Shown here piece after piece: positions 25,051 to 38,043 of a stretch of DNA of 64,000 nt; within the stretch, counting starts at the first letter, position 1; each line of letters starts with the position of its first letter. The notes under the pieces were generated by a model, which did no database searches, had not been told where the DNA came from, and saw only the letters and a program-made list of their open reading frames with translations. The position numbers and the translations under genes were made by a program. This DNA comes from Chiloscyllium plagiosum (Eukaryota), in contig NC_057719.1 of the NCBI RefSeq assembly GCF_004010195.1, positions 69,812,401-69,876,400 on the forward strand, read 5' to 3'.

Positions 25051-25599
25051 TGAAACATTTTCCAATAATTTCTTTCAGAATTTTACAGTATGCAAATATA
25101 ATAGAGAAAATATACTATTTTTAAACTTGAAGGGTATGTTAGAATATACAGAATGAGGGGGAAAGATTACCTCTTGGAAGAAATCCTAAAATATGTTTGA
25201 CTAACATCATAACATCGCGAATTCTCTCCATTCCTTTTCCCTAAACTTTCTGTCTGTATCAAGAGCATATTTATGTTTATGTTTAAGTGACATTTTAAAA
25301 TACAGAAGCATCTGTCAAAGCATCTATCACGATATTGTTTAACATCAAATTTTGAAAAATCACGTTCCTCCTTTTAATTAAGCCAGAACTGATAAGAAAT
25401 CTGCTAAATCCACATCAAATTTAAATTTTATGCAATGCGTATTGAGTAAATGTATCTGTTGTAAATCTTTAATTAATATGAAAGATATTTTCAATCACTA
25501 CAGGTTTAAACATCTAGATAAATAAACAGAATCACATGAGCACTGTATCTAGTCAGATGAAAGAAGCTAAAACAAAGCCAAAAAGAAAGAATTACTCAT

Positions 25600-25830
25600 A
25601 CTGAAAATCTGAAACAAAAGCAGAAATTGCTGGAGAGACTCAGCAAGTCTGGCAGCATCTGTGGAAAGAAAGCAGAGATAACATTTCAGGTCCAGTGACT
25701 CTTCATCAGAACTAGTACAAGTGAGAGTACCTCTTAGCTAGTGAAGGGTCACTGAACCCAAAATGTTGACTTGCTCTCCACAGATGCTACTAGATGTGCT
25801 AAGTTACTTCAGACATTTTTGCTTTTGTAT
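25600..25830. mobile_element. Short inverted PLE terminal-repeat pair with a hammerhead-like motif
   Basis: GCAGCATCTGTGGA...TCCACAGATGCT inverted arms; minus strand CTGATGAAGAGTCACTGGACCTGAAA; related pieces at ~18715, 26435, 42950, 52695, 55745, 61855, 62280. Confidence 0.65.
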
Positions 25831-26869
25831 AAGAAACTGAAGGCCAGAGCGAGTGAAAGGCTCCATCCAGAGTTTGACTCAACCAAGAAATTTTCCTCCT
25901 GTCAGTTCTTAATGCTCTGTTTTGAAAATTAATATTGACTATCAATAGAATATTAGGAACAAAACTGATGTTTTAAAACATTATTGGCATTTGCAGACAT
26001 GACAAGGAGGGTGCATAAAGTTAGGAATTTCAATCGGTTCCTAGGCTGCCCAGTTCCAACACTGCAAGAGGTTTGTGATGAAAACTTCAAATATGGGGAA
26101 ATTGTGGAAAATGTGGGGAATATAGGAAAGGTTCCAGGGGAATGAATGACCGATAATCTTGAAAGGTTTAATTTCTTGCACAATACTCATTTAATGTGCC
26201 ATTGCAGTAGGAATTATATGTAGACACCTGGATCATAGCTGTGAAGTGGTGGATTGCAGAAGCCCAAGGGCTAGACAGCCATGCAATAAAGGCTGATCAG
26301 CTTGAATGGGAATTTTAACATTAAGACTGGGATAAGAAGGCTGGTACACGTCAGAGAGGTATTGATTTTCCGGAGTGTGTTCTGGACAGTTTTCCTGTAT
26401 AAATATATCCTCAAGCTAACAGAAGGGGCATGCCATCAGATCTGGCATCAACTGTGGAGAGAAACCAGAGTTAACATTTCAGGTCTGAGAAGCTCGGGGG
26501 AAAGGGTGACTCAACCTGAAATGTAAACGCAGATTTCTCTCCACAGGTGCTGCCAGATCTGATGAGCTTTTCCAGCAATTTCTGTTCTTTTCTTGTTCCT
26601 GATTTACAGCATCCGCAGTTCTTTCACTTTTTAAAAAGAAGAATGTCATGTGAGATCTGCTAACAAACAAATACTATATGAACCTTTATCCAATTGCAGA
26701 CCTAATACAATTAAGTTCAATATAATGTTTGAAAAGGGAGAAAATGAGACACTGATTCAAATTTAGATAAAGCTGACTTCAATGTGACAAGGCAGAAAAT
26801 ATCCACAAGGTAACAGGATAAACATTCACCTGATCATTGACTGTCATTTTGTATCTCCACTCTCTCTCT

Positions 26870-29230
26870 CTCTCCAGTTGAACAATTACTCCAGTGCCAT
26901 TCCTTCTCTCTGTAACCCTGCATATCCTTCCTTTTCAGAGAACGATCAAATTCCCTTTCAAGTATTTTGATTGAACCTGCCTCCACCATACATCAGACAC
27001 TAATTTTCCTGATCTTAGTCATGTGCTCTGTGAAAAAGATTCTAGTTATGTCTGATTTGCTTCTTTAACCAATTATTTTCAATTTTGGTGCTCTTTCCGC
27101 AATCCTATCAGTGGGAACTCTCTCTCGCTCGCTCGCTCTCTGGGCCCCTTATAAATTTTGAATATCTCTAGAAAATTTCCTCTCGACTATTTCTCCAAGG
27201 AAATAGATTCAACTTTCTAAACGGAGGTTGCTCATCTTTGTAATCATTCTGTGAATCTTCTCTTCATTATCTTCAATGATTTCACATTCTTGCTAAAGTG
27301 CAGCATCCATGACTAGATGCAACACTCCAGCTGAGGTTAAACTCATGTCCTATAAGCATTCAACATAACCTTGTTATTCTTCTGCTCAAGGCTTCAAATA
27401 ATAATTATTGGATACTGAAAGCTTTATTAATCATCTTCTCAACGTTACCTCCTCTGCCCTAAACAGCATTTTCTTCCTTGATAAAGGCAGATGCAAATCA
27501 TTTGTTTAATACCTTAACTATGTTCCCCATTTCCGTGCACAAGTTTCCTTTCTCTTCCTTAATATGTTTTACTCCTTTTACCACCCATTTATTATTTAAA
27601 AGCTGCAGAAGACTTTGAGTTTCCTTTTAAAGTTGGCTGTTAGTCTTATTTCAATTGTATCTTCATTTCTCATTTAATTTTCTCACTTCATCTTTGAAAT
27701 GTCAACATTCAATCTGTTTCTCCAAAACATTATTCATCTGATGACTGTTGTAAACATCTTAGCCTTCACTTTTTATCTTAAACTCTACCTCCTTTGTCAT
27801 CCAGGGAGCTCCGTATTTATTTGCCCTACCTTTCCTCTTTGAGGAAATACATCTTTGGGCCTGAAATCTATCTTCCTTGAATATAGCTCATGTTCGGGTG
27901 CCATTTACCAGCCAAATCATTATTTCTAATTTATCTGGTATGAGATCTCTTCGTAACCTCATCAAAATTAGCTTTCCCCCCATTAATTGCTTTTACTCTG
28001 GTTATGTAAGAGGACAAAAAAAACCTAATGTTAATGGATAAAAGGTTTTTTGATTCACTCATGAGATGTGACATTACTGGCTGGCCAGCCAGCATTTCTA
28101 GTTACCCATAAGAAGGGTAGTGAGCTGCATTCTTGAGTAGCAGTCTATGTGCTATAAGGTAATGAAGAATCACTGAAAGATGTTCAAAGAAGTTTAATAT
28201 GATACAGCACCAACTTAACTGCACTTTTAAAAAAAACATAAACAACTAAAGGAATGGGAAGCAACATACAACTAAAAACAGCATAAATAATGCAACATCC
28301 AGCATAAATCCCGGAAACAGGATGATATAAAAGGAAATTGCTGCACAAAAAAAGATTGCAAGAGCTAAAAGAAACGAGTATGTGAAGAAACTTGCAAGGT
28401 TCATCAAAACCAAGACAAGCTGTTTTTTCGCAATTATGCTAGGGGGAAGAAGAGGAAAGAGGGTAGTTGGGAGACTGTTTAAATATTTTTAAACAGGGAT
28501 AGTGATGCTGTCAATTAAATTAAGGAAATGGCAGAGATGTTAACTAAATTTTTTTTTGAAATTTTTCATTTGAGGACATGGTCAGCATCACGACCCTGAT
28601 GGGACCATTCTTGACCACGACTATTCCTGAAGAAGGGCTCATGCCCAAAACGTCGATTCTCCTGCTCCTTGGATGCTGCCTGACCTGCTGTGCTTTTCCA
28701 GCAACACATTTTCAGATCACGACCCTGATGACCAAGATTACTGTAAACAAATCAATAAAAGTGATGTAAATAATGGTACTAAACAAGGACCATGAATGAG
28801 ATGGTTTTCCATTCCAGCATTTTAAATAAAATGCACAAAAACATTGAACATACCCCAGTAATCTTCAAAAATGTTCTCAATTAGAGCATAGTTGCTTTAG
28901 ACTGGAAAACTGTGAATGCCACTCTGCTATTTTAAAATGTGAGACTAAAACAAGGGAATCACTGAATAGTTGTCAGGAAATTACTAGAATCCAATACTTA
29001 GGTACAAGGAGACTGAACTACTTGAATTTTCACATCAGACAATAGCAACATGGATTGTCATGTATAAGTCAGATCTGGTAAACCTGATTAAATCTCCTGA
29101 AGAGCTGACTAAGTACTGGACAGGGAAATGTGGTGTCTGCTGGATGTTATTCATATCAATTTCCATTTGTTAAACATCTTCATAAGAGGATGATTAGCTA
29201 AAGTTGAAGGGTAATGGAATTGACCTGGTT
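26870..29230. mobile_element. Highly decayed CR1 fragments (minus 26870-28000, plus 28150-29230)
   Basis: Residual CR1 motifs, e.g. GACTGGAAAACTGTGAATGCCACTCTGCTATTT (DWK.ANV.PLF). Confidence 0.55.
28602..28715 (+). mobile_element. 114-bp PLE terminal fragment with a hammerhead-like motif
   Basis: 15-bp TSD ATCACGACCCTGATG at 28587-28601 and 28716-28730; CTGAAGAAGGGCTCATGCCCAAAACGTC. Confidence 0.82.
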
Positions 29231-30979
29231 AGAAAATTGGGGGAGGAATTTTCAGCTTTAGGTTTCATCCTGATAAAAAAAAAGGACATCGAAGAATTCT
29301 GTCAGATCAGTGAAAGGGTTCTAAGCAGAGAGTGTACGAAGGAAAGAAAACATCTCCAAATAATTCATGAACTTGTTGAAAGTCAACAGCTTACTGTGTA
29401 TTGTATATGTGACAATGAATTCCTATACAGACAGATAAGCAGAAGACTGATGCAGCCTAGCAATCTACCCATGGGATTTTCAGCTGCATTCACTTGTTCT
29501 ACTGTCCCTTTTCATTCCTTTTGCAAATATGGTATGTCCATGCCACAGACCGAGGATATTTCCTTTATACATCCTTCTTCACCATGACTTTAAGCCGCCC
29601 CCATTAAAGCAATCTTTCCATTGCATTCCCAGAATTGAGAGATATTGTATTGCACTTACAGCTCATTCACCACTATTTTTCTCCCAACCAGTCTTGACAT
29701 TTCTGGCAGAGAGTCACAGCACTGGGTACTTTTAAGCCTGTGCTTCACTAAATATATCGTCTTTCTAACTTATATTTTCAGGTTCGGACTATGACTGCAC
29801 CACTGAAAATTATCCCCATAATCTCAGGATATTTACAGGTCTGCTCACTGCATTAAGGAAGAAATTGGATTTCACTGAAATTGAATCCACTGTGCGGTAG
29901 TGAATACATTTTTCCTTGATCATTGAATTATAGAGTAGGAATTAATTGCACCAATTGTAAATGACTGAAGTGAAGACATTTAAAATCAGAAAGTCAAATG
30001 TTTAAATATTAAACAGAGAATCTTTTTCTCTTCCCAGACATGGAAGAGCTTTGAAATAAGACACACAAAAAAAATCCTGATATCCAAAGTAGATATTTTT
30101 TTTGCTACCTGTATGGCAAAGGAAAAGAATGGATGGACTTCAAATCTGTATTTTGTTTGCCTTTGTATCGACCAGTTTTGTACTATGTACTGGAGATTTT
30201 TCGCAATGTAACATACATTTCCAGCAAATAATATGTTCTCAGTTTTCTTTGTGTATAAACCAGCAATTCAATGAAAGATTTACTAATTTGATTCTGAAGA
30301 AATACTGCAGTGCAGTTGAATTCCATTCCTCTAAATGATTTCCTTTTCTTTATTTACTTTGGTCTTAGATAAGAGACACTTTCATCCAGCAGATTCATTT
30401 ATCATTGCTTATCTGAAACACTTTCAGTTAAGGTCATTGCTTTATGCTTTCAGTCTGCAAGATAGTAAATACTGGAAAGCCAATTACTTTCTCACACTCC
30501 AGTTATGATTCTGAAACCAGCAGTTGCTTTTACATGATCTGCATTACTCTAAACAAAACGTAGAAATGTTTTCACCTACAACAGATCTAAATAATTTTCT
30601 CTTCAATGTAGCAGCTTTTTAAATATATTCTATGTATTGTAACTATGGTTTTATCCTGGCTGTGGGTCTCAACTAATTAAATGAGGCACTTTCATGGTTT
30701 GGTGCACTAATAAGAATAATGATCATTATCATCAAGAGCCCAAACTTTGAAGTCTCTCTATTTAGAGAAGGTGGAGGATATTTCAATAGGTGAGGACAAA
30801 TGGGGAAACAAATAATTTACATACATAATTATAGCCAAACAGCTGGTATAGACATAATGGACTGAATAGCCTCTTTCTATGTCTGTGTACTTTTATTAAT
30901 CAAAAATTTTAAAAATAAAATTCTTTCTGTGGTGATGAAACGGACAAGGCATTGGATTTTAGAGCGAGACCATACTTAC

Positions 30980-31057
30980 CAGGACTGTCCTTGGGGATTT
31001 TCCCACCCCAGGGATGTGCTTGGTCGAAATTCAGTGGAAAGTGCTTATGCACGGTGA
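30980..31057 (-). CDS. Candidate 78-nt internal exon (phase 1-1) of an unidentified host gene
   Basis: Minus strand ...ttacag|TC ACC GTG...AGT CCT G|gtaagtat; consensus donor; one open frame (TVHKHFPLNFDQAHPWGGKIPKDSP); more GC-rich than its flanks. Confidence 0.45.
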
Positions 31058-31071
31058 CTGTAATTATTAAT

Positions 31072-31483
31072 GATTTGGAGGTGCCAGTACTGGACTGGGG
31101 TGTACAATGTTAAAAATCTCAACACCAGGTTATAGTCCAACAGGCTTATTTGAAAGCACTAGCTTTTGGAACATTGCTCTTTCATCAGGCGGTTGTGAAC
31201 TACAGAGGAACCTCGATTATCCAAATGACTTGGGCGAGGAGTATTTTGTCAGATAATCGAATGCCGGATAGTACAGTTTAGCCAAGCATCGGGATCTTGC
31301 CAGACAATCGGATAATCGAATGCCGATCAAAGTTCCTCTTTATGTGTGGAGTATACTCCACAACTAGCTGATGAAGGAGCAGTGCTTCGAAAGTTAGTGC
31401 TTCCAAATAAACCGGTTGGACTGGTTGTGTGTAATTTTTGTGATAGTGACTATAACCTGGTGTTGTGTGATTTTTAACTTTAC
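31072..31483. mobile_element. Short foldback PLE terminal pair with a MITE near its centre
   Basis: Inverted arms of the 4698-5594 family; 10-bp TSD AATTATTAAT at 31062-31071 and 31484-31493. Confidence 0.8.
31201..31342. mobile_element. pogo/Tigger-like MITE
   Basis: TA-CAGAGGAACCTCGATTATCC left end; degenerate ...GTTCCTCTT-TA right end; internal GATAATCGAATGCCG repeats. Confidence 0.65.
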
Positions 31484-33589
31484 AATTATTAATAGTGGCA
31501 AAAAGAGGAAAGCACAGAGGACATTTACCCCTAGAGATCATTAGCAGAGCAAATATCCAACTGGTGATATGTTGGTCAAGAAGCATTACAAAAAAAGTCA
31601 AAAGAAATTATTTTGATGCTAAAATGTTAGATTTTCTATTTTACTCACTTTGTTTTCTTTTCAAATTTAATTCATTCAATTTTCAAATTCTTACTAGTTA
31701 CAAAACCTGCAATGTTTAGCACAGATATCATAACTGTAGCTACTGAACTGATAGATAAATATTTGAGTTTGAAAACAATGGCAATATATTTGTCCAGATT
31801 TTGCCAATGATAGCAAACAACTGACACCATCATTGCATTTATTAATTCCCAGACATTTTAGTGTGCTTTTGTATAAATGTTGTGGAGATTAGGAATGGTA
31901 CAGTAGGGTCTACAAGAGATATGAGACCTATGACTAGAATATGCCACTATGCATCTCCTTTGTGAATACAATTCTAAATTAAGTACAGAAAGTCAAACAA
32001 AAAGAGAAACAATCCATTATCTGGAGACTGATGAGCTGTGGCAGAAAGAACATATTGCCTGCACCTCATTGAAAGAAATTCAAAATGAGGCAGAAATCTG
32101 AAAATGGTTTGTGCCTCTTGACAGTGGTCTTGAGTTCTTGTGGTCACATTGCCTACCTTTCACCCAACTTTATGGAAGTTGAAAGTGCCCCAGAGAATGC
32201 GGAGAAAGAGAAAGAATGTAAGATGCCTAAATGTATTCAAGCATAGAACAGGGGTCAACAGATTTTACAAATGAATGCTAATATCACTTAAATCAAGTTC
32301 AACCGTTACAGACTCAATCACAACTGTCAGGTAATTATTTTATCTATTCACCACAGGATCTCATTAGATCATGCCAAGCACTATTGAATCTTTCTTCACC
32401 ACCTCCCCACCCCCCAACAAAATTTTTCATTAGGACCATTGTTTAATTAGTGACTGCCTAACCAAATATCTCTTAAACGCCTTCCTCCTTCTCCCACCCT
32501 AATGAACAACAGATTCCAGCATCCCATTTGATGTCTTTGCCACAGATTATTTTTCAGCTGCCTCCGCTATTCCTTCCGTGAAAGTTAAACTTACCTAAAG
32601 GCTCCTCTCTATCCCTGAGCTCACTTCAAAACATTCCTTATACTTTGTCTCAAATTTATCCCATCTATTGAGACACAATTTCTGTTCTTTTCATTTCATT
32701 CAAACTAAGCTGCTGACTGCCCAAGTATCTTCCGAGACTCAATATTAGCAAACATTGCAAGTAGTTACTTCTCCTCGAAAAGTCACTTCAGTGACCTTCA
32801 AAAAGAAACCCTCAAAGCACTAACAAACTTTGCATCTCATTCGCTTCACAGGCCTTGAACATACTTCCCAAGTCTTTCTTTCTGCAGTTCCACGTTTAAA
32901 CATGTTCAATGCCTATAGCACCTGCATGACAGGTGCAGTATGCATTATTCTTCCTCAACTTTAAGAGTTTATAACAATGCATTCCTCTTTCAAATCCCCT
33001 GTGAAGGAGGAGATGTGGTTAGGAAATAAATGTTTGGTTGACATTTTATCAAAAACAAAAAGAACATGAAAAAAATGATAAAGCGACATATGGAAATCCC
33101 ACTAGAGAGAAGAATAGAATTTGAAGTTGTGAAAAAAAGGCAAATTTGGCATGAATTTGGTTTCTCTCTTTTCAAGTGCTGCCTGACCTTCTAAGTATTT
33201 TCTATTATTATTATTATTATTATTGAAGAGTATGTTAGGAATGCACCAGAAAAATGAGATATTAAGCTTGTGAGGCTGCAATGCATGCTAAAATTACAAT
33301 AGCAGCATGCAAACTCACATTATACAGATCTGATCAAAGCTCTGCAGCTTTTCCATTTATGAAGGTATGAATGGTGATGGGCAATTAAATAACCACCAGT
33401 GGAGGAGTCTCCACAAACATTCCAAAACCTCAATGAAGGGGAAGCCAAGAACAGTGTTAAATCCAAGGCTGACTTTGGTTACAAATGGATCAATCAAAAA
33501 TATCAAGTGGATGATCGATCCCAGCCTTCTCCTCAAATCCCCAACATTACAGAGAGATGCTCACGTTTTAGTAGAGTTATAAAAAGGGA

Positions 33590-36252
33590 GACTTAAATTA
33601 TGTAAATAGACTGGGATACTGATAGGGTAAGTGACAATAAGAGGGCAACTTCTCCTATATGGATTTCAGGAGAGTTTCCTGCAGCAGTAGGTGTCTTGTC
33701 CAACAAGAACAGATGCATTGTTGGACCTGGTTCTTGGAAATGAGTTTGGCATATGGAATTAAGTGTCAATGGGGGAACGTTTAGGAACGGTGATCTTTGC
33801 ATTGTAAAGTTCAGGATTATGGTGGAAGAAGAAAGGCCAGTGGGGAGTGCTAACTTCAATGGGACAAAAACGGAGCTGAGAAGCATAAACTGGAATGAGA
33901 GGTTGGCAGGAAAATTGTAACCTGAAAAACAACCTACATTTAAAAGAAAAGAGCGGTTCAGTTATAAATTCAAGGTATATTCCCCGAAATGGGAAAGGTA
34001 GGACAAACAAAACTACAGCTTTTGGGTCACAAAAGGAAATAGAAATGAAGTTAAAGAAGAAAAAAAAAAATGTGCTTATGTCAGGTAGATAAAACAATTG
34101 AGAAGTAAAAATGATGCAGAAGGTTCAGAGAAGACAAAAAAAAAGAGAAGCAAAGAAATGATGGGAAGAGATTGGCAGCCAACTTAAAGGGGTGGGTCAC
34201 AAAAGTCATCTATAGGCAGGCAGAGAAATAGTAAAGAGGTCTCAAGTGGTAAAAAGGTCTCAGCTGATCAGAGACGAGAAAGGGAATTTGCGCATGGAGG
34301 TAGGAAGCATGGTTGCGGCATTAAATAAATATTTTGCGTCGGTCTTTACAAAGGAGATGCTGCTACCCAGGCCATGGTGACACAGGAGGAAAAGGTTCAA
34401 AATTGATAAGGGCAACGTCAGCAAATCCAAAAAAACCACGGATGGTTACAGAAAATAGAGGAAGCATAAGTTATGTACAGTTCACTAAAAACATAAGAAG
34501 CCCTTCAAAAGTATAGAAGACTTGGGAAAGTTAGTGGTCACATCCATATCACAGAGGAGGCTACAAGTGAATGCTGGAGGTATTAGAATGATTAAAGGTG
34601 GACAAACTTCCTGGTCCTGACCAGATAGATCAAGAACACTGCAAAATGCTAGAGAAGAAATGGCAGGAGCCCTGGTTGATATTTTTGCATCACCGTTAGC
34701 CACGAGCAAGGTCCCGGATGACTGGAGGGTGGTAAATGTTGTGCCCTTATTGAAGGAAGGCTGCAAAGATAGACCTGGGAAATATAGACCAGTAAGGCTA
34801 ACGTCTGTGTTAGGCAAGTTACTTGAGAAGATTCTGAGAGATAAGATATACATTTATTTGGAAAGACAGCATTTGATTAGGAGTAGTCAGCATGGCTTTA
34901 TGCATGGGAGATCATGCCTCCCAAATTTGTTAGAATTCTTTGATGAAAATGACCATGAAGATTGATGAGGGCAGGACAGTAGACATAGTCTATATGGATT
35001 TCAGTAAGGCTTTTGATAAGATTCCACATAGTAGGCTGCTTTAGAAGATTAGATCACAGAATCCAGGATGAGCTGGTAAATTGAATACGTGATTGGCTTG
35101 ATGGTAGGAAGCAGAGGTAATAGTGTAAGGATGCTTGTCAGACTGGAGACCTGTGACTAGTGGTATGCTGCAGGAGTCGGTGCTGGGCCCGTTACTGTTT
35201 GTAATCTATATCAATGATTTTGGTGAGAAGGCATAAGGCGTAATTAGTAAGTTTGCAGATGACACTGAAATAGGTGGTATCATGGACAGTGAGGAAGCTT
35301 ATCAGAAATTGCAGCAGGGCCTTGATCAGATGGGGAGGTGGGTCGAGGAATGGCAAATTGAGTTTAATATAAGTATGAGGTCTTGCGTTTTGGAAAATCA
35401 AATCAAGGTAGGTGTTTCATGGTGAGTGGTAGGCCTTAAGGAGTGTAGAACAGAGGGACCTTGGAGTTCAGGTGCATGGTTCTCTGAAAGGGGAGTCACA
35501 GGTAGATGTGCAGTGCAAGTGACTTTTGGCACACTGACCTTCATCAGTCAGGGCATTGAGCATAGAAGTTGGGAAGTTATGTTACAGTTATACAGGACAT
35601 CGGTGAGGCCGCAATTGGAGTATTGTGTTCAGTTTTGGTCACCTTGCTATAGGAAGGATGTTATTAACCCGGAAAGAGTGAAGAAGAAATTGACAAGGAT
35701 GTTGCCAGGGCTCAAGAGACTGAGCTACAGGGATGATTTGGACTACCACCTGATGAAGGATCGACGCTCCGAAAGCTAGTGTGCTTCCAATTAAACCTGT
35801 TGGACTAAAAATCACACAACACTAGGTTCTAATGAGCTACAGGGAGAGTTTGGACAAGCTAGGACTTCTCTTTCTTTAGAGCAAAGGAGACCAAATGTAT
35901 AAAGATCATGAGAGGCATGAATAGGGTGAATGCACTCAGTCTCCTTCCAAGGGTTGGGGCAATCAAGGACTGGAAGGAATCAGTTGGAGGTCAGAGGGGA
36001 AAGAATAAAATGGAACCTGAGTAGCAACTTTTTTTAAAAAACACAGAGGGTGGTACGCATATGGAATAAGCTGCCAGTCAAAGTGGTTGCAGCAGGTACA
36101 TTAACAATATTTAAAAGGCATTTGGATAAATATACTGATAGCAAAAGGTTTAGAAGAATATGGACCAAGCGCAGGGAAATGGGGTTAGCGTGGATGGACA
36201 CTTTGGTCAGCATGGACCAGCCTGTCTCCATGCTGTAGGACTCTGATTCTAT
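33590..36252 (+). mobile_element. CR1 LINE copies (APE/linker fragment 33590-34420; RT and 3' end 34490-36252)
   Basis: DWRVVNVVPLLK, YRPVRLTS, QHGFMHGRSCL, RPQLEYCVQFWSP; tail GACTCTGATTCTAT. Confidence 0.9.
35734..35832 (+). mobile_element. 99-bp PLE terminal fragment in CR1; hammerhead motif at 35747-35781
   Basis: 13-bp TSD TGAGCTACAGGGA at 35721-35733 and 35833-35845; cacCTGATGAaGGAtcgacgcTCCGAAAGCTAgtg. Confidence 0.8.
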
Positions 36253-36259
36253 TAAGTGT

Positions 36260-38043
36260 AAGGGGTTGTTTTAAAAGGGAAATAAAGAGAGCAAAGAGGA
36301 GCCACAAAGTATCTTTGTCAAGAAAGAACCCAAGGCTTTTTAGAAGTATATTAAGAGTAAGTGGATTACCAGGGGGAAAAAGTGTGATCAAAAGGATAAC
36401 CTATACATGGAGAGAGAGGGTGTGGTTGAAGTCCTAAATAAATATTTCCCATCTGTATTCACAGAGGAGGAAGACATTGTAGCTGGGGAGTTCTGTTGGG
36501 ATGTTACTAGAACACATTAAGATTAACAAGGCAGCAGTTTTAGATGTTTTAGCAGGCATAAACGGTGAATACATTTCCAGGGCCTGATGAAAAGTATCCC
36601 AGGTTGCTTTGGGAAGTAAGGAAGAACATTGCTGGGATCTCTGGCAGAGAGATTTAATACTTTAGTGGCTACAGGTGAAATGTCAGATGACTGGAAGATA
36701 GCTAATATAGTTCCTTTGTTCAGGCAGGGCAGCGGAAATAGGGCAGATAATTACAGGCCAGTTAATCTGACATCAGTGGCAGGGAAATTCTGAAGGGCCG
36801 AATTGAACAGAGGTGGTAGCTAGTGCTGGTTTGTTAGATTCTGTCCAACTAAATTGATTTTTTTTTGAAAAAGTGACTAAATATACTGATGAGAGTAGTG
36901 CAGTTGACTTGATTGACATGGACTTCAGTAAGGCCTTTGACAAGATCTCACATGGAAGGCTGGTCCAAAAGGCCCATGGAATCAAAGGCAAGTTGGCAAA
37001 CTGAATCCAAAAATTGCATTAAATAGGAGGCCAAGGTGATAGTGGAGGTTCTTTATTTGGTAATTGGAAACCTGTGACCAGCAGTTTAACAATGTTCAGT
37101 GCTGGGAACCTTGTTGTTATGTACATTAATGACTTGGCTCTGAATGTAAAAAAAAGGTATAATTAGTAAGTTTGTAGGGGACACAAAAATTTGTGGTGCT
37201 ATTGATAGTGAGGAAGATGGTCTCAGGCCACACAGTCTGATATTGACTAGTTCGTAAATTGGGTAGAGCAATGGCAGATTGAATTTAAATCCTAATAATT
37301 GAGAGGTGATACATTTTGGGAAGTCTAACGTGGGAAGGATATACACAATATACGATAGGTCCCTAGGGACTACTGAAGAACAAAGCAATCTTTGTCTACA
37401 AGTTCACAGATCCCTGACAGTCTCAGCAGAGGTAGACAGGGTGGTGAATAAAGCATATGGGATGCTTGCCTTCATTAGTTGAGGTGTAGAATATAGGAGG
37501 AAGTCAGTCTTAATAATAACTTTATAAAACATTGGTTAGGCTACAGATAAAATACTGTGTGCTGTTCTGGTGGCCACTCTACTGAAAGGATATGATTACA
37601 CTGGAAAGGGTGCAGAAGAGATTCACCAGGATGAAACGTCTCTGTTACGAGGACTGGATAGGTCAGGTTTGTTTTTCTTGGAGCAAAAGAGTCTGACGAG
37701 GAATCTGATTGAGGTATACAACATTATGAGAGGCAGAGTAGATTGTGAGAATCTCTTTCCCAAGGCATTTATGGGCAAGTGGTTTAGAGGAGATCAGAGA
37801 GAAAAAGAAAATCACCTAGAATATGGTTTGTGTGTTGAATATGCTGCCTGAGAAGATGGTAGAGGAGGCAAGTACTCTCACAACGTTTAAGAACCATCTG
37901 GATGAGTATTTAAAATGCCAGGATGTAATAGGCTAGGAGCCAAGTGCAGGTAAATGGGATTGTGTAGCTTGGTGTTTGTTGATCAGCACAGGAATGATGG
38001 GCTGAAGGGCCTGTTTCTATGCTTTATGTCTATGACAATGACT
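36260..38043 (+). mobile_element. CR1 LINE, 5'-truncated, degenerate
   Basis: DMDFSKAFDK, SVLGTLL, LFFLEQKSL..LIEVYNIMRG; 3' UTR GGGCTGAAGGGCCTGTTTCTATGCT. Confidence 0.9.

Noticed and set aside
29782..29838. 57-nt plus-strand exon candidate after ctaacttatattttcag
   Set aside because: Good acceptor but weak donor (gtctgc), no partner exons and unrecognised peptide
30972..31065. U1 snRNA-like start (ATACTTACC) plus GGATGTGCT
   Set aside because: The rest is not collinear with U1 and lacks its stem-loops; better explained as the reverse complement of a splice donor
33200..33225. (ATT)n microsatellite and poly-G runs (15940-15972, 53215-53243)
   Set aside because: Ordinary low-complexity sequence
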